Assembly (NCBI GenBank): GCA_001804815.1
Contig: MHBI01000087.1
Coordinates: 9,558 to 73,557, forward strand
Origin: Lentisphaerae bacterium GWF2_50_93
GTDB lineage: Bacteria; Verrucomicrobiota; Lentisphaeria; Victivallales; GWF2-50-93
Length of the DNA stretch: 64,000 nt
Reading direction: 5' to 3'
This document shows positions 1 to 7,736 of this stretch, piece after piece (positions within the stretch are counted from its first letter, which is position 1; every line of letters begins with the position of its first letter). Under the pieces are notes generated by a model. The model saw nothing but the letters and a program-made list of their open reading frames with translations, did no database searches and was not told the origin of the DNA. The position numbers and the translations under genes were made by a program.

Positions 1-1046
1 AAGTTTTTCGACACTTCAATGGCGTTTCTGCCAATCCTGCAATAATCCTCAGCGGACATCCTGCATATCTTCTCAAGCGCCGAGGAGGTAGCTTTATGTG
101 AGTTCTGAGGGACGAAGAGGCAGAAATCGCTGCGGCTGGAGAAGTTTTTATAGCTTGATATGTCGCTTAGGATGCATGGAAGTCCGCAGCTCAGCGCCTC
201 CATCGCCGGAAGTCCGAAGCCTTCGCCTTCCAGGGAATTTGAAATATACACATCTGAGTTCCGCAGGAGCTCGCCAAGCTCCCTCTGGGATAGGCTTTCA
301 TGGAATTCATCTATGGATTTCCGTTTCCTTTCGGAATCGGAGAAGCATGGTGAGACCCTTATGAACTTTATGTGGAGGCCTGCCTTTCTGGCTTCATCGA
401 CGGCCTTGAAGGTCACAGGTATGCCTTTGAACGAGACTTCAAGGGGGCCGATGTTTATTACGCGCAGCGGATCTTCCCTTGTGAAAATCCTGTGATGGCG
501 TATTGCCGGAGGATAGAAATATTCCGTATGTACGCCGTTTCTGCACAGGATGACTTTCCTCCCATACCTCTTTTCAAGTTCGTCCTTCAGGTGCGCGGAC
601 ACCGTGATGAGATGGGTCGGGAGCCTGTATATCCTGTCAAGAGTGGAGATCTTCCTCCTCCATGAAAACTTCTTCTTGAATATTTTCAGCGTATTTATTA
701 TGCCTCCCCCCTGATAGCGTGATGGAAGGGCCTCGCCCCTGAGTCTCTGCTCTAGATCGGTTATTTCATATCCCTGGCAGAAATGCACGACAGGCGCCTT
801 CTTAGAAGCATATGCATCAAGCACTTCGCCCGGGGAGCTCGCTATTATCAGATCGCAGTCCGGTATAGAGTCCGCCGAGAAATCTTTTACGACGGTGGTT
901 TCAAGCATGCCAGTAAGGCCGCCGCGCTGTTCCTTGACCAGCACTTTGGTGTCATTGCCTGCCTGCCTTGTATGCTGGGCATATTCGAAAAGCAGTTTCC
1001 TGCCTCCTGAAAAATTCATGTTGTCGCTGAGAAAGACTAAATGCAT
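1..1046 (-). CDS. Glycosyltransferase family 1 (GT-B, GT4-type); C-terminus lies beyond the left window edge
   Basis: Absent from the ORF track because it has no stop in the window. My reverse-strand translation starts at ATG 1046..1044, with GGAGG just upstream. It reads MHLVFLSDNMNFSGGRKLLFEYAQ...VINIGPLEVSFKGI...NSLEGEGFGLPAMEALSCGLPCILSDISSY, open to position 1. EGFGLxxxEA is the classic GT1 signature. The + strand ORFs at 98-1086 are its antisense shadows. Confidence 0.75.
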   Translation of the reverse strand, partial: MHLVFLSDNMNFSGGRKLLFEYAQHTRQAGNDTKVLVKEQRGGLTGMLETTVVKDFSADSIPDCDLIIASSPGEVLDAYASKKAPVVHFCQGYEITDLEQRLRGEALPSRYQGGGIINTLKIFKKKFSWRRKISTLDRIYRLPTHLITVSAHLKDELEKRYGRKVILCRNGVHTEYFYPPAIRHHRIFTREDPLRVINIGPLEVSFKGIPVTFKAVDEARKAGLHIKFIRVSPCFSDSERKRKSIDEFHESLSQRELGELLRNSDVYISNSLEGEGFGLPAMEALSCGLPCILSDISSYKNFSSRSDFCLFVPQNSHKATSSALEKICRMSAEDYCRIGRNAIEVSKN

Positions 1047-1167
1047 CCATCCTCCGTTGATTGATCCGCCTAATCTAACTTCTTAGCGTTTAAAATGCAA
1101 TTTGAGGCTTGATATATGTAACTCTTTGATGGATATTATAATGTATATACGATTGATATACGATTGG

Positions 1168-2379
1168 ATGTCTGCTATGGATCATGTTGCTGACGGTAAA
1201 TTTCAGGAAATAAAAGTAAATGGCTGGGATTGGTCGATAAGCGATCCGGCCATTCTCGACCCGTGGTTCGACACCTGGAAGCAGGTCGCGAAGAAGAACA
1301 TGGTCAAGTCGAGCAGGGTCCGGGCCGTCTTCAAGGTTGAAAACAAGGGCTCAGTATATTTTGTGAAATACAATCATCCTGTCTCCCTCACTTCCAAGAT
1401 ACGCTCCTCTTTTGTACCGAAAAGCAAGTCGGAATTCAATTCTTCGATGCTCCTTCATGAACACGGAATACCATCAATTGAAATATGCGGATGGGCCAAG
1501 AAGGGATCCGAAAGCATGCTGATCGCAAGGGAGCTTGAGAATTCTGTCAATGCCAGGACGTACTGGTTCACTGAAGCATGCACACGCGTGGAACTGAAGG
1601 AGAAGTTCCTTGATTCGTTCTCAGTATTCTTCAGGAGTTTCATGTCGTCGGGGTTCTACCATCCGGATTTCCATCTCGGGAACATAATGGTGAGGAAGGA
1701 CGACATGAGCTTCTTCCTGGTGGATCCTTATGGAGTCGAGAAGAAAGGCAGGCTGCCGGGTTCGCAGTTCTTCAAGATGGTGAGGATAATCGGTGCGTTC
1801 AGGGGCGAGATCAACGACCGGGAGGCCGGGGAGATCCTGTTGAAGGCCAGGCTCGCGAAGGATTTCAAGGCGGCCAATGAGGTATGGTACAGGATATTGG
1901 AGGCCGAGGCGGCCGATGTCGAGAAGGTCTGGGATAAGAGGAAACTCCAGATAATCACCGGAAAAGGCAATTACTGCAGGGTGTTCAAAAGCTGCCTGGG
2001 GCAGGGGATAAGCATAAGGAATTCAATGGATGGACAGGCCATGATCGACAATAGAATCCTGATGGATGAGAAGTTCGATGAGAGCTACGAGAATGAAAGG
2101 ATGCCTGAAGCGCAGGCTGAAAGCCAATGGCTGAAATCATTCAAGCTCCAGTTCCACAGGCTCGCACACAATATGCCGCTGGCTTGGATAAAAATCAATG
2201 ATACTGAAAGCATCCTGGTCTTTGCTAGAAAAGCCAGTTCCAATTCCATAAAGGCCGAGACCGTCGGTGAATTCCTCATGCGGTGCAGGGCGGCCGGAAT
2301 AAGGATGGATCTCTCAAGGAAGCTGGCCGAGTCGGATGGCCGTATCTATATTGCGGACTACAAGGATATATTCAACTGA
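1168..2379 (+). CDS. Lipopolysaccharide kinase (Kdo/WaaP/InaA-like) family protein
   Basis: ORF-track frame 1102..2379. FYHPDFHLGNIMV resembles the kinase catalytic-loop motif (HxDxxxxN). FLVDPYG is DFG-like. The start is ambiguous: TTG 1102, or ATG 1141, 1168 or 1177. Divergent from the GT1 gene. Confidence 0.55.
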   Translation: MSAMDHVADGKFQEIKVNGWDWSISDPAILDPWFDTWKQVAKKNMVKSSRVRAVFKVENKGSVYFVKYNHPVSLTSKIRSSFVPKSKSEFNSSMLLHEHGIPSIEICGWAKKGSESMLIARELENSVNARTYWFTEACTRVELKEKFLDSFSVFFRSFMSSGFYHPDFHLGNIMVRKDDMSFFLVDPYGVEKKGRLPGSQFFKMVRIIGAFRGEINDREAGEILLKARLAKDFKAANEVWYRILEAEAADVEKVWDKRKLQIITGKGNYCRVFKSCLGQGISIRNSMDGQAMIDNRILMDEKFDESYENERMPEAQAESQWLKSFKLQFHRLAHNMPLAWIKINDTESILVFARKASSNSIKAETVGEFLMRCRAAGIRMDLSRKLAESDGRIYIADYKDIFN

Positions 2380-2483
2380 TGTCCTCATGCAGGTTGATTT
2401 TGACTGCGGACAGACAGCTTTTGCGGGTATTTTGCGCAGAGAGCATGAATTTACTGGAAGTTTAAATATCAAAGGAGCCTCCC

Positions 2484-2882
2484 ATGAAAAAGAGATTGTG
2501 CGTGCTGATGTCCATCCTCCTGCTTGCATCAATGTTCCCTGTCGAATCATTTGCCCAGAAGGGCGGTGGCGGCCAGAACATAACTTCGACAGTGAACACC
2601 GCAAGATACATTATGTTCGGCGGAACATATACCATAGGCGGAGCTGCTCTTCAAAATGGCAGCAAGACCGGGGACCAGGTGATTTCAGCCGTCTTCAAGC
2701 TCGACACATATACCGGAAGAACATGGATGCTGGAAGTGGACAAGGCCGGTGCAGGACGTCCGCAATGGGTGCCGGTCGAGGATGCAGACGTGTCCGCGGC
2801 ATCTGAAAAGGAATCCCCTAAGAACGAAAACCTGGGAAATCAGAAGTCGACTTTGAAATCTCTCAAGACACTGGACGAATAG
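2484..2882 (+). CDS. Small secreted hypothetical protein
   Basis: AAGGAG RBS lies 6-7 nt upstream of the ATG. Signal peptide MKKRLCVLMSILLLASMFPVESFA-Q. No family recognised. Confidence 0.6.
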   Translation: MKKRLCVLMSILLLASMFPVESFAQKGGGGQNITSTVNTARYIMFGGTYTIGGAALQNGSKTGDQVISAVFKLDTYTGRTWMLEVDKAGAGRPQWVPVEDADVSAASEKESPKNENLGNQKSTLKSLKTLDE

Positions 2883-2897
2883 CGGGCTGGACGCCAG

Positions 2898-3470
2898 TCA
2901 TCTATCAGAAAACCTGGAAACGGTCTTTATGACCTTTGGATTGGACTTTAGCTCCTTTACCGATTCAATCGCAAGCTCCTTCGCGGCCGAGTAGACCAGC
3001 TCGGGAACCATTTCATCGGATTTTACATCGCCATGCACGGTCTTTTCCTGGCGCAGCGTGATCACTTTCTTCTCGCCTGGCTCCTCCAGCGTTATGAGGA
3101 GGTAGAGCGAATAGACTTCTGCATGCATGTCCAGCTCGGATTTGAAGACCTCGACCCTGAGCGTGAATGCATCTACGACCTCTCCTCCAGGCTGGTTGAA
3201 GGAAGCATAGACGGCATTGCTGAAAGTGTCCTTGAGGATCTGCTTCAATGGATAATGGGCGAGGGAGAAATAACCGAGTTCGCCGACCATGTCGTCAGGA
3301 CATATGACCTCGACCCTGCACGGAACGCTGCTCTTGTTGGCCGCAAGCACACCTTTCTGGTCCGGTGAAAATTCAGCCGACTGAGGTACATGCTTGAGGT
3401 AATAGACAGACCCGCATCCTGACGACAGCAATGATATTGAAACTAGAAGAAAACAGAAGGACAATTTCAT
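2898..3470 (-). CDS. Lipoprotein, possibly YajG-like (tentative)
   Basis: Lipobox LLSSGC. 190 aa. Overlaps the upstream gene by 4 nt, which suggests an operon. Size and layout recall YajG-type lipoproteins, but this is unverified. Confidence 0.6.
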   Translation of the reverse strand: MKLSFCFLLVSISLLSSGCGSVYYLKHVPQSAEFSPDQKGVLAANKSSVPCRVEVICPDDMVGELGYFSLAHYPLKQILKDTFSNAVYASFNQPGGEVVDAFTLRVEVFKSELDMHAEVYSLYLLITLEEPGEKKVITLRQEKTVHGDVKSDEMVPELVYSAAKELAIESVKELKSNPKVIKTVSRFSDR

Positions 3471-3820
3471 TTTTCAGCTCCTAATGCACCACCACGTTTG
3501 ATTTTTATTGCTGTTCCATCGACCGTTGTCCATACAAAAGTCACAAGCAGCAGCGAGAAGACCGTGTATTCCTCGGTGACCTCTATAAGGCCGTCGGCAT
3601 GCTTCGACGCTATTGCGTTGTCACGTGCATTCTTTGAGGGCGTGTCAGGCATGGTAGGTATGAAGAACCATATCGCCCCTGTCGAACGTCCCGTCGCAGG
3701 ACCTATTACGGTATATGAGTCCTCGGATGTTATCGGAGTTGTCGAAGGGGATATGCCGACGACGGTGGTGCAGGCGGGGAGGATGGCGAGCATTAGGACG
3801 ACTATGATGTTCCTGTACAT
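3467..3820 (-). CDS. Small lipoprotein (TRL-like, tentative)
   Basis: Lipobox ILPAC. Shares ISPSTTPITSEDSYTVIG and a C-terminal ...DGTAIKIK pattern with the next gene, so the two are paralogues. Confidence 0.6.
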   Translation of the reverse strand: MYRNIIVVLMLAILPACTTVVGISPSTTPITSEDSYTVIGPATGRSTGAIWFFIPTMPDTPSKNARDNAIASKHADGLIEVTEEYTVFSLLLVTFVWTTVDGTAIKIKRGGALGAEK

Positions 3821-3822
3821 TT

Positions 3823-4188
3823 TCAGTCCGCCTTTCCCCTGTTGAATTTAATTGCATCGCCCCTGATGGATATCTTGGTATACGTCACTATTGGAAGAAG
3901 GGTTATCCAGTATGTCTTGTTCTCCAGTGTCACATTGATGAGCGCGTCGGCGCCGTAGCTCTGCTTGACAGTCTGCAGCGCATCATACGCGCTGCATGTC
4001 TTTAGAGGTATCCCGCAGACCACGACCGCCCCGTCGCTGGCCGATGCGTCGATCTTGATGATAGTATAGGTGTCCTTTGAGGTGATGGGCACCGTGGAAG
4101 GCGCGATTCCGCCTGGGGACGTGAGGCATCCGGAAAGAATCGCAGATGCCCAGATCGCTATCAGGAATATGGCCGGTTTGAAGTTCAC
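3823..4188 (-). CDS. Small lipoprotein (TRL-like, tentative), paralogue of 3467-3820
   Basis: Lipobox ILSGC. IAPSTVPITSKDTYTII...GADALINV...IRGDAIKF parallels the neighbouring gene. Gap to it is 2 nt. Confidence 0.6.
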   Translation of the reverse strand: MNFKPAIFLIAIWASAILSGCLTSPGGIAPSTVPITSKDTYTIIKIDASASDGAVVVCGIPLKTCSAYDALQTVKQSYGADALINVTLENKTYWITLLPIVTYTKISIRGDAIKFNRGKAD

Positions 4189-4276
4189 GTATACCTTCGA
4201 TATATGGTTTATTCTACTTTTCTAAGTTAATTAACTACGTCGAATATGCAAAGCACCAATACTCGTTTTATGGAAT

Positions 4277-5476
4277 TTATTTCGGCATGAAACGCAGGTT
4301 ACGCTTCGTGGACTGGTCCAGGACGTACTTGGTTCCGACCTTTTTAAGGATCGCATCCGCGAGCTTTGCAGAAGGAAGCCGTGTCTCAACTTCAACCACC
4401 GAGAACAGGCGGCTGTCGAATTCCCTGAGCCACACATAGGAGATGCTGCCGGTTCCCTGGAGCGCCGTGACCAGTTCGTCAAGCGACTTCTTGTCGATCT
4501 GCTTCAATTCCACCCGTATCTTTGCGCCAAGATCAAGTTCGGTTATCCACTTTGAGATTATCTTCCTGAAAAGCTTGTATGCGTTCTCTTCCTTCAGTTC
4601 GACATCCTGTCCCTCCAGCACTTTCGCGAGATATTTCCTGGCGAGCTGGTTGGGCAGCGTGACCGGATCAAGCCCCTTCGCCTGGAACGTCGCCGCCGGC
4701 AGCCTGGCTATTGCAATCGTCTCGCCGGAGTCGGCCCAGAGCGCCTTCAGGTTGAACCCAAGTGAAATGTCCCTCGTCTTCATGTCGGGAAACGGCTCCT
4801 CTATCGCACCTAGTTCGCCTGTCACCGTCCCGGTTATGATGATGTCATACTGGTTGGCTATTCCGGAACGTTTGACCTTCGCGGACTTGTCATCCCCCAG
4901 TAGTTCATCCCTCCTGGCTTCCTTTTCGCTCCTGATGTCCACGGCCTCCTTGTCAATGACTTCAAAACCGTTTTTCTGCGCCATCTCGGTGAGTGTGTCG
5001 TTTGCGAGCGTGGATTTGTTGTCCAGCCCGATTATTTTCTCATCGCAGGCCACAAGCACCCTTGGAGACTCGACACGTTTGATGATAAGGCGCAGCGCCA
5101 TCACGTTGTCCATGCCGGGAGTCCCCTTTTTCACCACGGCCTTGATCTTCACAGTGTAGGTCTTCGCCTTGTTGTCGTACTTCTGCTCCGTGATCTCGTA
5201 TTTTTCCACATAGCCGAACGACGAGGTCAGAACCCGGTCGTACTCAGTCTGGAAGTTTTCCACCTTTGTCTCGCTCATCACGTCCACGCCGGCGCCTTTC
5301 CTCACCGCATCCCTCAGGGCCTGTGCGAGCGCCTGCTCGGATGCCGTATCGGGATTTCCTTCGGCTGTCCCTGTTCCAGTCACTTCATTGTTCCCGGCGT
5401 CCTGCGCGGAAACCTGGATGCTGGACATGGAAAACAAAAAGACTGCTGCTATAATCGGGAGATTGAATATTTTCAT
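4277..5476 (-). CDS. Secreted LPP20/FlgT-like three-module periplasmic protein
   Basis: Signal peptide ...SSIQVSA-QD. The N-terminal segment ASEQALAQALRDAVRKGAGVDV...YTVKIKAVVKKG is LPP20/FlgT_N-like. The middle segment VLVACDEKIIG...YDIIITGTVTGE...LKALWADSGETIA has the CsgG/LpoB/FlgT_M-type pattern. Confidence 0.6.
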   Translation of the reverse strand: MKIFNLPIIAAVFLFSMSSIQVSAQDAGNNEVTGTGTAEGNPDTASEQALAQALRDAVRKGAGVDVMSETKVENFQTEYDRVLTSSFGYVEKYEITEQKYDNKAKTYTVKIKAVVKKGTPGMDNVMALRLIIKRVESPRVLVACDEKIIGLDNKSTLANDTLTEMAQKNGFEVIDKEAVDIRSEKEARRDELLGDDKSAKVKRSGIANQYDIIITGTVTGELGAIEEPFPDMKTRDISLGFNLKALWADSGETIAIARLPAATFQAKGLDPVTLPNQLARKYLAKVLEGQDVELKEENAYKLFRKIISKWITELDLGAKIRVELKQIDKKSLDELVTALQGTGSISYVWLREFDSRLFSVVEVETRLPSAKLADAILKKVGTKYVLDQSTKRNLRFMPK

Positions 5477-5488
5477 GTGTTGGTTTCT

Positions 5489-6316
5489 TTACGGCATTAT
5501 GTTGATGTTGCCTTCAATGACATCGGTCTTGACGGCCTGCTTGCCTTCCTCGTTCCTCTTCTGGGGAATTGCCACGGCCTTCTGCATGCCCTGTCCTTCG
5601 GCTTCTATGAATTCCTTGTCCATGTCGACTATCTTCTCGCCGAGCATCTCGCTCAGCTCCTTGGCGTTGATGCGGAGCTTGACGGTCACGATCGCATCGT
5701 CCCCTTCACCCTCCCAGCTGAATCCCATGAAGTCGGCACCCATGAGCGCCCCTATCACGGAAGCCTTTACATTCTCTGATTTCAGGACGAAGTTTTCAAT
5801 CTTGGTGTTGCTTTCCAGGGTGAATCCGCCGATCTTCTTGTAGAGGTTCTTGTAGGCGTCTATCTCGGCGGCCCTTATCGCGGCGATCTTCCTCGCCTTG
5901 TCGGGAGTCGATGTCGCGAACGCCGTCCTCTTTATGACCTTGTCCGGAAACTTGTCGATATTGAATTTCTCCTTGTCGACGATGTCGGCGATATTGCTGA
6001 GCTTGAGGATGGCGGTTGCCTGCGCTATGTCCTTTGCCGCATCGTACTTCACAGGTTCGAACTCGATGCCCTTGATGGTCCGCCTGCCGGTCTTGGTCTC
6101 AACGCTGCCCTGGAACGACCCTTCAAGGATGTTGTTGACCTCCTCGGTGAACCTGAGCTTCACGCCGTAGACCGTTTCGACTATGTTCCGTTCAGCGAGC
6201 ACCTTGGCGCAGCTTATCGAGTTCAGCTTCTTCGCCGAAGGACTCATAGGCTGTTCCTGCGCAGCCAGTCCGGTGCAGAGGCCGAACGCAAGAATCATTA
6301 CTGCGGCTGTCCTCAT
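5489..6316 (-). CDS. LPP20-family-like exported protein
   Basis: Signal peptide MRTAAVMILAFGLCTGLAAQ. ARKIAAIRAAEIDAYKNLYKKIGG is the typical LPP20-type motif, and a related segment occurs earlier in the protein. Overlaps the upstream ORF by 4 nt. Confidence 0.6.
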   Translation of the reverse strand: MRTAAVMILAFGLCTGLAAQEQPMSPSAKKLNSISCAKVLAERNIVETVYGVKLRFTEEVNNILEGSFQGSVETKTGRRTIKGIEFEPVKYDAAKDIAQATAILKLSNIADIVDKEKFNIDKFPDKVIKRTAFATSTPDKARKIAAIRAAEIDAYKNLYKKIGGFTLESNTKIENFVLKSENVKASVIGALMGADFMGFSWEGEGDDAIVTVKLRINAKELSEMLGEKIVDMDKEFIEAEGQGMQKAVAIPQKRNEEGKQAVKTDVIEGNINIMP

Positions 6317-6765
6317 TTTGCTTTTTCCTTTTCCTTGTTGTCGTCTTCCTTCTTTTCAGGAGGAAGGAGATGTTCCATGTCGAGATAATATGTCTTGTCG
6401 GGCTTCTCCGAGATCTTCGCCTTTATGACGATGCTCCCGTCATCGCCCTTTTTCCCTTCAGTCTTTATGCCTTCGACTGAAACTTCTTCTACCTTTACAT
6501 TGTATTCACTGTTGGAAATCTGCTGGAGCCTCGCCTTTATGTAGACCGTCTGGTTGTTGAACTTCTTCAGGTCGACATTCTTCTCAACGACGATCCTGTT
6601 GAGTTCTATCAGCTCCCGGACCTTCTTCTCCATCAGCTCCTTCTGCCCGGCGGAAAGTTCCACGGTCGAAAATAAAAGTCCGGTGCAGGCTAGCGCAGTT
6701 CCATAGAGGCAGAGGCGGCGTCCTAGCATCCCCTTTGCCGGCGTTTTCACAGGCAGTGCTGGCAT
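6313..6765 (-). CDS. Exported hypothetical protein with Lys/Glu-rich tail
   Basis: Hydrophobic N-terminus, with a possible alternative start at MLGRR. 5-nt gap to the repeat-protein gene upstream. No family recognised. Confidence 0.5.
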   Translation of the reverse strand: MPALPVKTPAKGMLGRRLCLYGTALACTGLLFSTVELSAGQKELMEKKVRELIELNRIVVEKNVDLKKFNNQTVYIKARLQQISNSEYNVKVEEVSVEGIKTEGKKGDDGSIVIKAKISEKPDKTYYLDMEHLLPPEKKEDDNKEKEKAK

Positions 6766-6770
6766 TGACT

Positions 6771-7655
6771 TCAGTCTCCGAGGTTGATTCCTGAGTTGAT
6801 GACTGAGTTGTCGGCCTTGTTCTTGACGCCGTCGTTGGTATTGATGATCGTGGAATTCTTGATGTCGGCGTTGTTCGCCTGGATTCCTGAGTTGATCAGG
6901 GCCTTGTTTGTGGCCTCGTTCGTGACATCCTTGTTCGTGTTCTTGATTGTCGAACCGTCGGTGACGTTCGCGTTGTTGAGCTCGATTCCGGAATTTATCT
7001 TGGAACCGCCCTTCGCCGTATTTTCAACCCTGCCGATGTTCTCGTTCGTTATGGTGGAACCGTCCTTGATCGTCGCCCCGTTGGCTTCGATTCCAGAGTT
7101 GATCTTGGACTTGTCCTCGGCGATGTTGGTGACGTTCTGGTTGGTGTTCTCGAGCTTGGAACCGTCGAGTATCTTCGCTCCGTTGGCCTCGATTCCGGAA
7201 TTGATGATCGAGCCGCCCTTCGCCGTGTTCTTGACGTTTGTGTTCTCATTGATCAGCGTTGAACCCTTGATCGTCGCGTCATTTGCCTCGATGCCGGAAT
7301 TGATCTTCGATTTTCCTTCGGCCTTGTTGATGACTTCAGTGTTCTTGTTGTCTATCAGCGAGCCTTCGGTCACCTTTGCGTTGTTGAGCTCGACGCCGGA
7401 GTTGATCTTCGAACCCTCCTTCGCCTCATTCGTCACGCGGGTGTTCTTGTTGTAGATTTCGGAATCCTTGATCTCGGCGCCTACCGCCTCAATGCCGGAA
7501 TTGATCTTGGACTTCTCAGTTGCCGTGTTGTTTACATCCTTGTTTTCATTCTCGATTGTGGAGTTCTCGACGGTTGTCTTCGGCAGGGCCATCGCGTACG
7601 AAGCTGCGAAGAGACCGGCGACCATCAGGACCAGAGTCGTTTTCTTCATTTTCAT
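6771..7655 (-). CDS. Secreted repeat protein, 7.5 x ~33-aa Asn/Ser/Thr/Gly-rich imperfect repeats
   Basis: Signal peptide ...AASYAMA-LPKTTVENSTI. Units start SKINSGIEAVGAEIKDSEIYNKNTRVTNEAKEG, SKINSGVELNNAKVTEGSLIDNKNTEVINKAEGK, and so on. AAGGAG RBS. The start may be the second ATG at 7649. Confidence 0.75.
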   Translation of the reverse strand: MKMKKTTLVLMVAGLFAASYAMALPKTTVENSTIENENKDVNNTATEKSKINSGIEAVGAEIKDSEIYNKNTRVTNEAKEGSKINSGVELNNAKVTEGSLIDNKNTEVINKAEGKSKINSGIEANDATIKGSTLINENTNVKNTAKGGSIINSGIEANGAKILDGSKLENTNQNVTNIAEDKSKINSGIEANGATIKDGSTITNENIGRVENTAKGGSKINSGIELNNANVTDGSTIKNTNKDVTNEATNKALINSGIQANNADIKNSTIINTNDGVKNKADNSVINSGINLGD

Positions 7656-7736
7656 ATCTCCTTAGATTACATATAATTGGCAACATCAATGTTTCGACGC
7701 TTATACTATCATGAATCCAGATGGAAATCAAGTGTT

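Noticed and set aside
98-1086. Five + strand ORFs (63-111 aa) listed in the ORF track at the left edge
   Set aside because: They are antisense shadows of a well-supported GT1 glycosyltransferase on the minus strand (1-1046). Their translations are Arg/Ser/Pro-rich with no recognisable motifs.
6784-7455. 223-aa + strand ORF, and the similar 285-aa ORF at 16522-17379
   Set aside because: They are antisense to the 33-aa-repeat genes. They stay open only because the sense codons are repetitive. The translations are hydrophobic Phe/Leu/Ser-rich repeats with no plausible start context.
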